Positions 52,175 to 64,000 of a DNA stretch of 64,000 nucleotides are shown here, in pieces. The position numbers and the translations under genes are program-made. The DNA is from Chara braunii (lineage: Eukaryota; Plantae; Charophyceae). The first letter of the stretch is position 1, and every line of letters starts with the position of its first letter. The stretch covers positions 3,735,681-3,799,680 of the forward strand of contig BFEA01000020.1 of the NCBI GenBank assembly GCA_003427395.1, written 5' to 3'. Below the pieces are notes generated by a model, which worked only from the letters and a program-made list of their open reading frames with translations, was not told where the DNA came from and did not search any database.

Positions 52175-54613
52175 CTAATCTAAGCAATCTGCATCTGATC
52201 ATTAACTTGATTAAGCTGATCTAACCCAAAAAACTGAGTAGACGAAGGCAACACCTGGATCAAAAGCAAACCCTATCTTATGTCAGTCGATAATAAAAAT
52301 AAAGAAACCATAGAAAAACACTAAATTCAAATTCAACCACACGTCATCTAAGGAACCATTGGTTCGCTCCAATACTTAAGTACATATAATTCAATAACTT
52401 AAAAGGGGGAAAACAAAAATCAAAACTGAAAGTGCGAGGAAAATGAGCAATGCGAGATAGAGAAGCCAAATTGCATCATCCATTGAAAGCCAGAAAGTCA
52501 TGCGTGCTCGAAACAGAAAGCAGAATGCACCGAGATAATACACCAAATAAGAGCAAACCAATGAACTCAACTGACAATGTAAGCCCCCATCTCGCCTCCA
52601 TCATCGATGTCTCGAAAATGTCACTCTCCTATACAGCGCCCGGCGCCCAGACCACGGTCAGACAGCACCTAGATGACGTCAACAGGTTTTCAAGGAGTAC
52701 AGCTGTCAGGTGACGAATGAAGACATCGGCTGGACCTACCTGCTGCTCATCATCACCTGGTGGGTGCTTTCTCCCTTCACTCGTACCTCTCGTCATCTCC
52801 TACACCGCAGCGCCCTTGCCCAAGGATCACCACTCATCCCCCTTCTGGCACCGACAGGCAGCGGCCCAGCTATATGGCCGGCGCTGCGGCTAGCAGCTAT
52901 GTTGCACGCCCCGCCGGTGCTTTCCTCTCTCTCCCCAACCTTCAACCAGTGTGCGTGCATGTGAGCCTGCGCTCCGGCAGCGCTGCCGCCGACCAGTCAG
53001 GAGAATGAACGAGGAAGTGTCTGGCTGCACTTCCTTTTTTGCAGATGCTGGCTGAGCGAGGCAGCTTCTCGACTGCTCGGCCCCTGTCCCAGTAGCTAGG
53101 CCGAGGGCCCTTCTACAACGTGCCTGGGGCTCAACTGGGCCCAGCATTCTGTGTTCAACAACCAACCCACGAGGCCCTGCTTGCCCACATTGGCCTTCTC
53201 CTCAGGCCTAGTCCAATTTCCAGGGCCCGCCTTCACTTAGGCCTGGTGCAGACAGTCACAAACGGGCACGAATCCCGTCCAGTGGGCGCAGCCCCAATTC
53301 AACCAGGCTGGGGACCTTATGCCTTGCAAAAGCCTATAAAAAAGGCCAAATTTGAAACCTGACCACACATCGTCGAAGAAACCGTTGGTTCGCTCGAATA
53401 CTTGTGTACACGGTGTCTGAACACGAGGATGATCGATCAACAAGGGAAGTGTCTGACCACAACGACAATCGATCGACAACGAACTCTAGCACATACTTGG
53501 AATTCAGAGCTCCCATGTCCCTCACGCACAGACGAAGGCCATTTCCTTCCCTTCCAGCATCCAAACTGCTGAAGTCAGTACTCCAGGGGCTCGCCAACTT
53601 GCTGCGGAGAAGAACAAAGAAGGCGTACCACTCGCCGTAGTCTCAGCGGTGGTTCCACCACCATGCAAGTTATCCCGTTTGCCCGTCCTGTGGCCGATGA
53701 AGTGCAAACTGTACTTCAACCGGGTAACCAGCCCGGAAATTATACTTGGATGTGGTGGCCCACAGACAAAACCATCGGATAAGCAGTTGTGCTGGATGAG
53801 AGCGGAGTGTGTGACTACTGCGGCACTTTTCAGGGTTGGGGGGGTCAACCTGGGGCTGAAAAGTGGGGGTACCGGCTAACCATTTGTGTGGCGGATGCCT
53901 TGTGTGCTGTTGTGTGTATGTGTGTGCGTGAGTTGAAGGACCCTACAGCTATGCAGGGGTGGGGTGGATCATTAATGAGACAGAAAGAAAGAAAGACCAA
54001 GATACATTGCTGGCATGGATCTCCTTTTGTACACCATGCCATGGCCGTAATGGTTAAGAGACTCCGTTCTTGCGACTGAGAGCAGCGGTTTGAATCTGTG
54101 CGTGTAGAGAGGAGGTCCTGTGGGCTGATAAAATGCAGACTCTTCTTTCCAACCTTCTGTTTTCTGTTTTTTTCTTTGGTTTTCTTTCACCTTTCAAGTG
54201 CTACGAAACAGTGTTATCAATCGATTTGCAATCCGCATGTGCGACGCACTTGCTGCGTTCTACAGTCTGTTGCTTTTAACCACTTGGCCACTCTCCCGAA
54301 GAATTCAGCGTGCTACAGGATATGAACCTGTAACCTTCAGCTTATACAAAGCTGTTATTCTGTTATTCAGCTGAGCTAAGAATGCAACTCGCCCAAAAGA
54401 GTCAATGCAGCCGCCACACCCAAACAGACAGCTGATTTGATTTATGTATGCGCCACACATGCAAAGCGCACGCCGTGCGGGCAATTCCTCAAGTACGGCG
54501 AACAAGCGCACAGAATCCCTACGGCAATACTGATCGCAGTGTGGCGCAGAAAAAAAAAAGGGGTCGCAGGCCTGGATCAGTGGTCACGTGCAGGCCCTTT
54601 GAAAAGTTGTCGT

Positions 54614-54677
<64 letters not shown>

Positions 54678-54814
54678 AGCTGGGAGCGTAATGTCACCAC
54701 CTAATTGGCAATACTGATGTCTCAATGGGCCGAAAAAGAAAAATTTGCACTGCTGTACTCGGAACAGGATCTCTTCCTTAGGTACTACACTCTTCTGCAT
54801 CTATGAAACAGCAA

Positions 54815-54890
<76 letters not shown>

Positions 54891-55920
54891 TATTGTTGCT
54901 GGTGCAGTGCACGGGCAGGTTCAGTGCGCTGCACGAGCGTGCGGCTCGTGCGGTTGCAAGCACGGTATGCGCTCATCCATGCGTCCCCGCGCACGCCGCA
55001 CGCGGGGTTGGGGTTAGTGTCGTCTTGGCTGCCTGACGATTGGTTGCCTTTAGTCCAAAACATCTGAATCTGTATGTAGTTCCGTGTGAACACCTTGTTG
55101 CAGGTTAGGCGGGCATCGACATGTCACTTCAGCAAGACAGAGCTTCACGCAGTTACTCCCGGCAATAGCTCCGGGCAAAGTTGCCGCTACGGAGTTGACC
55201 GTAAATGGTGGGTGGCGTTCGCGGTGAAGTCGCCGCCGCGGCTCGGGCGAACGTGAGCACACATTGCATGGCGCCAGTGGTCCCCCACCTGTCCTCCATA
55301 GCCACCGTGTCGCTTGCCACACAAACTTCTCATGGGCATAGGCCAACGGTTCGGCGGACCAGCATCGACATGGGCCCATGATCTAATTCGATCTCATTGG
55401 GACTTAAGCCGCAAGTGCGCAAGTGCACCCCCGCGGCAAACGTTCGAATCGAAAACGGGTCATTCCGAAAAGTTATCGGATAAACAGTGCCACCGGACTA
55501 AAATGGCTGGCAGCACCAGCCAAAAAGGGGAAAAAAAAAAAGCAACGCCGCAGCTTCGTCATGAGCCCACAGATCTAATTCGATCTTATTGGGACTCAAG
55601 TCCCCTTAAGAAAAAGGAAAAGAAGAGAAAAGCACTGGCTGGTGGTTAAACAGTGCATAACCGGGCAGCCACAGAAACCCGCAATCAACACCGTTGCCAC
55701 TAACTGGTCATCTCTCTCCGGCTACCTTCCCATTCTCTCCTCTCTCTTCTCCCTCCTTCCTCCGTCCTCCCTGAAAGCATATTATGATTTATATTTCCTT
55801 CCTCCTCCTTTTGCACTTCCAGGTTTTGTCCCGTCCCTCTCTCTGTCTGTGACTCCCTTTCCACCCCCTTCTCTCCTGGCTGTGTCTTTCATCTGTCTAC
55901 CACAAGACATCTCCCTCCCT

Positions 55921-56007
<87 letters not shown>

Positions 56008-56595
56008 TCCCCCGCTGCATATCCACCTCCCTCTCCACCTGTTTTGTAACCTTCACGTCCTCTCCCTCCTGTCTCCCTCTCTCTGTTTGTGCCCACCTTT
56101 CCTCCTCCACCTTGCCCCTCTCTCTTTATTCTTTGCTGTTCCCTTCTCTCCTGCCTATGTGTCTCCTCTGTATTCTGCAAAACATTCTCCTTTGCCTTTG
56201 CTTCTGTCCTTCCGCAAGGTGTCTCTCTCCCTCTCCCCCTCCCTCTCTCCCTCTCCCCCTCCCTCTCCCCCTCCCTCTCTCCCTGCATCTCTACCCACCT
56301 CAACCTCCTTAACTTGTCCATTCTCTGCCTTTGTTCCCTCCCCTGCTTTTGAGCTGAGGTCTCACTCTTGCTGCCTCCCCACCCACTCTTTCCTCATTTC
56401 CACCCAACGTATACAGTACACCCTTCTCACACCACCCTCTACTCCTTTTATTTGCGCAACACACACAAGTTTACACATGCAGTCTATTTTTAGTCGATCC
56501 ACAATTCTATTTTTAGCCAATCTACAACTTTAACAACACTCTGCATTTGACTGCATTATTTGGAAAACTGGAAGTGGCTGACAAGAGAGGTGTCA

Positions 56596-59500
56596 TTAAG
56601 TTGTGAGGCCAATCCTGGGTCTGCGCTGTGTCCTCTTCAATTTACTCGCTAGTAATTCGAGGACGGATAAACTTGTGGATTGGCCAAACAAGTCGATAAC
56701 AGGAAGTCGATCGGACGGTGGCAGTCGGCGGTTGGGTAGCAGATCGACAAAGTCCGTACGATTGCCAATTAAAGGCACGCTGAAGTGCCACTTGTTTGGT
56801 GTTCCGTTTGTGAAGATATGCTCGCCTAGTTCGACGTGGTTGGTGGAAAAGCTAGCTGCATCTGGGAAATTGGGATACAGAGTAACGTAGGCATTTAGGT
56901 GCATCTGTTCGATGTAGAAAGCCTTCCAACTGGTCTTCCATTTCACAGAATAGTACTCATGGATCTTGAGCCTTTGGTCGACTGGCAGGAGTCGATTGCG
57001 ACGGAGGTAAGACTTGAACTGTCGCCAAGGGACTGGCAGGAATGCGGCACCCCAACTGCACGGTAACGTCTGGAGAAAGGGAGTGTTCGTTCCCAGGAAA
57101 CTATCTTCCTCCTCCTCCTCCTCCTCCACCCCTTCTACGCCTACTCCTACTCCATTTACATCTCCGTCGCTGTCTCCGTCTCCTACCTCTTTACCTCCTC
57201 CTCCATGTCGGCTTGCTGTACGCAGCCGTTGGAATCGCTGAGTGAGGTTCCAGTGAGCTTTGTCATGGACAAACTCGTGACATCTAGGCGAGTACAGGGA
57301 CACAGATGCAAGTTGGTCGATCTTGGTCTGATTTGGCCCGTAGTGATAGAACAAGATAGAGTATTTAATCCACAAGTAGAATGACTTGGCGACCTCGATA
57401 TCGTCTTCCAAGAGCACTCCAACCTCATCTTCATGTTCTGGGTCCCAGCTCTCCGAGACAGCGGCAATGAGGCCTGCTCGGACCTTACGATGCCGCACAA
57501 TCAACCGCCCATGCGGCCACGAAAAGCCATCGCTCAGCCGCACTGTCTCGCTATCAGCACCATGTTCGACTGCAATGATCAGCTTGACCTCATCGCCTAA
57601 GTACTCAGCTGTGGAGAGAGAGTGCAGCAGCCTAGAGAGGGACTGCGGGCGGCGGAATGTGATCACTGTCAGGGTGATGCGGAGACGGTTCCATGCCATC
57701 AAGCTCTCGAGAGGGAGGGTGGGCAGCCAGCTGACAACGTGATTGGCCATGGAATCTGGCAAGCAGATCGCTGTTGGCATCGGTGCTGCTGCTGCTGGTC
57801 CTGCTTTTGTCGAAGTGTTGACGTCATCCACATGGGATCGGGATCGGGGCGAAGAAAAATGCACAAGCTGTTCAACGGGGCCTAGATCCCGATGGCTCAG
57901 CCTCACAATCAGTACACGTGGCGTTGTTAATCTTAAGAGGGAGTATAATGCCACATGTCGAATTTCTGCTTCCGACAGTGGACCGCCATCCGCGAGAACT
58001 GTCGTCTTCAGCCACTGGCTTAATACAAGGATCGGGCCCACGGACTTCCACTGAGAGGATAGACCCCCCTCCTGCCCTTCCTTGTCACCGACCATAGGAT
58101 TCTCCTCCTCCTCCTCCTCCTCCTGATCTCTCTTATCATCATCATCATTATCGTTATCATCACGAGTCATAGCGACGCAGTCGCTGTGGTGCTGATGCAA
58201 CAAGTCGGCAGCTTTTTTGCATGGATACGTGTCAGAACCAGACACGGCAAAAAGCGTCTGGTGTTGGGATCGCATGGCCACGTAGATGGGACTCAGAGTC
58301 CGGACGTCCTCTAGTGTCTCAGCGTAGAAGAGCACATCCACGTGGTCAGCAAACTGAATCCCATCAATGCCAGAATTGAGCTTCGCGGAGGAAGAGGAGG
58401 AGGAGGTGGTGAAAGAAGAAGAAGAGGAGGAGAAGGTCGTGGTGGTATTACTCCCTCTTAAACCACCACCACGAACATGACTACCCCGACCCCGACAGCG
58501 ATCGGCGGCTGTGCAAGTTCCTGCCAACCTGGACCACATTGAACGGTCAGCCTCATAGTACTGAGCAGCATGCTTGATTCTGAGACTGTCACGTGGCTCT
58601 CCCAATGCCACGTCATCCACACTACCTCCTCCTCCTCCTCCTCCTCCTCCTCCACGTTCCTTAATTAACTGCCGAGGAGCACCGGCATGAGAGGATAGAA
58701 CACTATCTCCGCCTTCTCGTTCCCTTCCTCCCACCCTTCTCCCCCATTGTTTACGAATCGCTGTGATTCTCCCAAAGGTGTTGGTCCACCAATCACTGGC
58801 TTCGTTGTCATCACGTCCTCCATGATTACCACCATCCTTATCCTTATCATCATCACCATCATTAAGCATCACCCCTTCCACGTCCCTGCTTTTGCTTTCC
58901 AGAAGCACTGACGAAGAAGAAGAAGAAGCAGAAGAAGAAGAAGAAGAAGAAGAAGAAGAAGCACGAGAGGAGTTCCAGGAGGAATTCAAGGAGGAGAAGG
59001 AAGAGGAGGAGGAGGAATTCAAGGAGGAGATGGAGGTGTTTGCTATGAGTTTGTCTAGAAGTGGGGGCACAAAGTAGAACTTAGAGTCTTGCCAGCCTTG
59101 CAGTCGACCGAGAAGGCTGTTGCTCCTCCTCCTCCCTATTGCTGCGCTGTCATCTGCCTGAGCCTCCAGGTGACCTATCTCAGAACACACGGCCATAATG
59201 ACCGAACCAATTACCGACCCGGGAACGAGCCACAGACCTTCCAGACGACTGACAGGAACCAGTAATTCTTCTGACAAGCGAAATGATGTCGAAGGTAGGC
59301 GTAACTCTCCTTCTCCTACTCCTCCTCCTCTTCTTCCTCCTCGTCGTCCTCCTTCTCCTCCCTCTCCTCCTTCTCCTCTTCCTCTTCCTACTCCTTCTTC
59401 TCCTCCTCCTCCTTCTCCTCCTTTTCTTCCTCTTCCTCCTCCGTCTTCTCCTACTCCTCCTCTTCCTCCTCCTCCTTCTCCTCCTTTTCTTCCTCTTCCT

Positions 59501-61177
59501 CCTCCGTCTTCTCCTACTCCTTCTCCTCTTCCTCCTCCTCCTTCTCCTCCTTCTCCTCCTGCTCCGCTGTTAGAGATATTGCAACAGCTGTCAGTGAAAC
59601 CACTATGATCATTGGCTGAGCCAGCAGGTGTGAGATTGACACTTGGCAGAAGCAGATGCTGCCACCTGGACAACTCAATGACCCCATCCGTTCCAAGTAT
59701 TGCTTGTTTGTAATCCATGTGCTGCGCAACCGTCAGCAGGGTCTGAAGAGTGTAGTCGCCGCGAATAATTGCTGAGCTGTCAAGAAGAACGTACCAATCA
59801 ACATCCATAGAAGCAGCAGCACCCAGGAGTGACTTACCCAAATTGGCGGCAACCGACGTCTTATCCTTGTTATCCTTATCCATATCCACAGGGATAAATT
59901 TAGCCTTCAACAGCTCTTCACCGAGGCGGAAGACATGATGATGGTGGTCCCCACGTTTCGCAGAAGACAGCAATGAGGAGGAGGAGGAGGAGGAGGAAGA
60001 GGAGGAGGTGTTCACGGCGGCCTCGTACAGGACCACGACAGCATCCATCAAGCTCAAAGACTGGCGCGCGAGTGTCTGGATCTGAGACGCACAGACATCG
60101 AGGACGGGATCGCGATCTCGATAAGAATCAGTATAAGATTCTGGATAAGGATAACGATGATTATCACGAGGAGGAGGAGGAGCATGAGGAGAAGGAGGAG
60201 GAGGAGCATCAGGAGAAGGACGATGATGAGCATGAGGAGGAGGAGAAGGAGGAGGAGGAGAAACGCCATAGCCAAAGCTCAGCAAAATGGCTCCTATTTT
60301 CCATCTTCTCCTCCTCCTGTATCGCCATTTATCTGTAGTGGTCGTCGCAGCTGCCCACCTTCTTCCACCTTCCCTTCTTCTTCCTCCTTCCCTTCTTCTT
60401 CCTCCTTCCCTTCTTCTTCCACCATCGCTGCCGCCATAGCTGGTGACGTCACCGACATGGCTGGCGGGTTTACTCTGTGGATAAGGATAGCTCCGTCCAT
60501 CACCTCTCCCACCCACTTGCTCTTCCTTCTCCACCCCTCCCTTCTCTTTCTCTCTCTCCTCATCGTCCGCCAGAACTGAATTCAACCAGAAATGCGCGGC
60601 AGATACAGACCTTTTCGCCAATAGCAGCTGCCGCATTAAACAACACCAACAGCTCTGTGAACCGGCTGTTGTGGAATCGCACTCTTCTCCCTCCTCCTCC
60701 TCCCCCACCTCCCTCCCTCCCTCCTCCTCTCGTTTGCCAGTCGACGCACCACCGTAAGAATGGTTACCCTGAAGTTGGTGCGGCATTGACACGTCAGCAG
60801 GATGCGCAGAGAGACGATCGCGCATAGACACGTCAGCAAGACGATCCTGTATTGACACGTCAGCCGGCTCACCCTGTACTGACACGTCAGCAAGACGATC
60901 CTCTGTCGACAAGTCAGCAGACATTACCCCTACTGATGATGATGATGATGATGATGATGATGCTAATCGTGGTATTGACACGTCAGCGGCGCGATCCTGC
61001 ATTGACTCGTCAGCAGAACTTGACACGTCAGCAAGACTATCTTGTTTTGACACGTCTGCAGAACGATCCTGTATTGACACGTCAGCGGGCCTATCTTGCA
61101 TTAACACGTCAGCATAACGATCCTGTGTTGAAACCTCAGCAAATGTTGCTTCTCCTGCTTCTTCTGCTTCTCCTGCT

Positions 61178-61229
<52 letters not shown>

Positions 61230-61527
61230 ATGATGTTGATGATAATGGAAGTGATGACACGTCAGCTGATTTGTCGTTTCTTCCGATCCAGCCCCCGGTG
61301 AGGTAATCAAGGTGTGCGCTGAAGGTTAAGCCGTACCAGATGGCAAAGACAAAACAGAGAAAGAGCAATGCCCAAAGAAGATAAAAACAACATGAGGAGT
61401 AACCGTAGGCAAAAAAACGAGGCTTCTTCTTGCTATTGCTGTCATTGCGCCTCCTCGGGTACGCCATAGCTGCAGCTTCTGTCTTCGTGATGATGGTCAA
61501 TCTGCCAAAAATGAAATCAAAATTCAT
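56596..61527 (-). CDS. Type II membrane GT-A (GT2-like) glycosyltransferase of the plant two-domain family typified by Arabidopsis At5g60700; single exon, 1643 aa (alternative start 61467)
   Basis: Uninterrupted 4.9-kb ORF with a basic N-terminus and TM helix (CFYLLWALLFLCFVFAIWYGL). C-terminal motifs ITFRRPQSLSRLL, FSWPHG, GLIAAVSESW, LLEDDIEV, LPCSWG, SWK, YPNFP..SFSTNH. Family assignment is from recognition, not a search. Confidence 0.87.
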
Positions 61528-61587
61528 TAAATTATTAATTAGATTAATTTAAAAAATATAGAGAAAACTACGGCGCAGTCAGGGTTT

Positions 61588-61728
61588 GAGTTTGTAATTG
61601 CCTCACTTGAGGCAAAAGGGGGCGGGTAAATTAAATGCTGAATGTATATGACCTACGTTTCGGGTCCGGTGGGGTCGCGTGGGGGTGTGTTGTATTCGCG
61701 GGATTGCCTGAAGTGCAATTACAAACTG
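61588..61728. mobile_element. Small MITE-like inverted-repeat element just upstream of the glycosyltransferase
   Basis: gagtttgtaattgcctcacttgaggcaa (61588-61615) versus ttgcctgaagtgcaattacaaactg (61704-61728), flanked by ttt/ttt. Confidence 0.6.
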
Positions 61729-63563
61729 TTTTCGTGAATGCACCTTGGGCACGGGGCCCTAATTGAAAGAACAGAAAAAAAAAAAAAAAAAAAAAGTTAC
61801 CCGTAAAATATAAATTACTTAAAAAATGGATAGGCCTGCCAAAGAAAATAAAATTAAATAAATGAAAATTTTGACAGGAAAAGTAGTCAGTGAATTGAGT
61901 ACCAATCTCGATCTGAGGGAGGGAGGGGGGGGGGGGGAGGGGAATTAAAAAATAATAAAAATAATATTAATAAAAAATCATGCACATAATCTATCTGCCC
62001 AATAATAAATTAAATTAGATAAAATAAGATTTTTTGACAGGGGAAAAAGGTGTACCGAGTAACAAGTTCCATTCATTTTCGGTCTAACGGATTAAGAAGA
62101 GGGGGAGGGAGGGGAGGGTGGAGGAAGAACGCATGCACACAAATTGATGAAAGACAAACAATGGTCTTTTTTTTTTCTTCTTTTTTTTTTTTTTGAAGCA
62201 ATGGTCTTTTTTTTCNNNNNNNNNNNNNNNNNNNNNNNNNNNNNNNNNNNNNNNNNNNNNNNNNNNNNNNNNNNNNNNNNNNNNNNNNNNNNNNNNNNNN
62301 NNNNNNNNNNNNNNNNNNNNNNNNNNNNNNNNNNNNNNNNNNNNNNNNNNNNNNNNNNNNNNNNNNNNNNNNNNNNNNNNNNNNNNNNNNNNNNNNNNNN
62401 NNNNNNNNNNNNNNNNNNNNNNNNNNNNNNNNNNNNNNNNNNNNNNNNNNNNNNNNNNNNNNNNNNNNNNNNNNNNNNNNNNNNNNNNNNNNNNNNNNNN
62501 NNNNNNNNNNNNNNNNNNNNNNNNNNNNNNNCGGCGAAACAGCGGGCCCCCAGTGCCAAGTCTGGCCCGGGCACAGCCATTATCTTTTTTTTTTTTTTTT
62601 TTTTTAACACAGCCATTATCTGGCTGAGGCTGCCAGAATATCTCCGGGTTGAATTGTGAGGTCCCCGGCCTCGTCCCATCAGTTTATTTGCAATAAAATC
62701 TTTCAAGCTTTCCAAAAAAAAAAACAAAAAAAAAAAAAAACATGAGGAATGCGCAGTATTCGGGGCGGCATCGGCCAAGCTATCAGCACGCCGTTGGATC
62801 CTCTTTGTAGATCAGAAGTCATTATTCTCGTTGCAGCCGGATTTCTACTGACGTCTGCATTTTTTCAACAGTTGCATGGGTGCATCCACTGAGGCAGGGC
62901 ACGTACTGGGTTGCATGCATTGGGAACATCCCAGTCCCAGAAGAATGTCGCGAGAGGAATGAATCTTCGACGTGAACATGGCAAGATACACAGCGGAACG
63001 TTTTTGTCTTTTGTGCATGTGCTGAGTTACGTACAACGTAGCGAGGCCGTAAGCAAATCGACACGGTTGCATGCAGGCTGACCAAAAGCCACGTGCCACG
63101 TGCAGCGAGCAAAATAGAAGAACCTATACCTGAAACGCGCCACACGTGAGATTGAGGAGCCCTCGTGCTTGAGGGGTATCTGGAAGCATCAACGTGCTGC
63201 CTCGCTAAACAAACCACTACTGAAAAAGAGGGGGGGGGGGGAACTGAAAAAGGGAAAAAAAAAAAAAAAGGCACCGCAACGCAGCGGGCTGCTATGTACT
63301 TGTATTGCAACATGCGCCGCGCGACAACGACAACGACGCTGCAAAAACAGCTTGCGCGTTTCTTCCGGTTTCCCTTGGGCCCACACCTTGTCCCCGCCCG
63401 TTTTCCCAACACTGGGAGGCTGGCCTCGCGGGAGCACGGGAGCGTCATGCGAGACCCGCTATTAAGAAAATAAAATATAATATAATATGTATATATATAC
63501 CGCTCAACCTACATCCACGTGGGCGGCCTTGTACGCAAGAGGTTCTGAACAGGGGGAGTCTTG

Positions 63564-63764
63564 TAAGGAAGAAGATAAAAAAACGAATTAAGTTTTTCTT
63601 GTTTTTCTTGTTTTCTTTCTGTTTTTCGCTTTGGCGCTCTGATATCATGTGACAATATATATCTAAGGAAGAAGATAAAAATTCATTTTTTTCTTTCTTT
63701 TTTTTGTTTTTTTTTCGCTTTTGCGCTCTGATATTCTTGTGACAATAGATAGATAGATAGATAT

Positions 63765-63803
<39 letters not shown>

Positions 63804-63890
63804 TCGTCACATGAAGATCAGAGGGCAAAGGCGAAAAAAACAGAAGAGAACATGGAAAAAACAATTCGGTTTTTTATCTTCTTTCGTATA
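63564..63890. repeat. ~90-bp unit in two tandem copies and one inverted copy around (GATA)n/(TA)n
   Basis: taaggaagaagataaaa...cgctctgatat..tgtgacaata at about 63564-63658 and 63664-63747. Reverse complement at about 63803-63890. Confidence 0.75.
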
Positions 63891-63954
63891 TATATCGTCA
63901 CAAACAGAACTGCCCGGTAAACCGTAGGCAGAGAGAGAGAAGAGGACAACAAAC

Positions 63955-64000
63955 GAGGGGCTGTGACAAACTGTTTCGTCGGAGTTTCACCGACTCATCA
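63955..64000 (-). ncRNA. Hammerhead ribozyme (type I; 5' part beyond the window edge)
   Basis: Minus strand [c]UGAUGA-GUCGG-ugaaacu-CCGAC-GAAAC-aguuu-GUC/acag: core intact as far as visible, 5-bp stem II, short stem III, GUC triplet. Confidence 0.8.

Noticed and set aside
52450-53880. Possible decayed minus-strand coding region
   Set aside because: Several stops in every frame and no motif I can recognise.
55368-55605. Two ~42-bp direct repeats (gatctaattcgatct.attgggact)
   Set aside because: Real but only two copies, with no TSD or coding context to support a call.
55642-56533. ORFs rich in ER/SL repeats (also 24469-25177, 51724-51957, 54745-55093)
   Set aside because: Artefacts of microsatellites and N-gaps.
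56603-61301. Plus-strand ORFs overlapping the glycosyltransferase
   Set aside because: Antisense shadows of low-complexity codons.

Overview
Repeat-rich eukaryotic DNA with N-gaps. The retrotransposon families and low-complexity coding style suggest a charophyte alga such as Chara (inference). About 50 kb is nested, mostly decayed transposons: two near full-length L1/Tx1-type LINEs plus three 3' fragments, two minus-strand Ty3/gypsy elements, a Penelope-like RT fragment, a tRNA-headed SINE with two tail copies, and several MITEs with readable target-site duplications. One clear host gene is present: an intronless 1643-aa type II membrane GT-A glycosyltransferase (56596-61527, minus). The most unusual object is the 14.5-kb gypsy element at 11506-25997. 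Its 5' LTR lacks the terminal att sequence and runs straight into the PBS, a palindromic att-TA-att junction sits where the PPT should be, a PHD finger lies between RNase H and integrase, both LTRs carry a hAT transposase fragment, and an extra ORF follows pol. Other highlights are a hammerhead ribozyme at the right edge, linked to a (TA)n-associated repeat, and two covarying RNA structures shared by the 3' UTRs of different LINE families.
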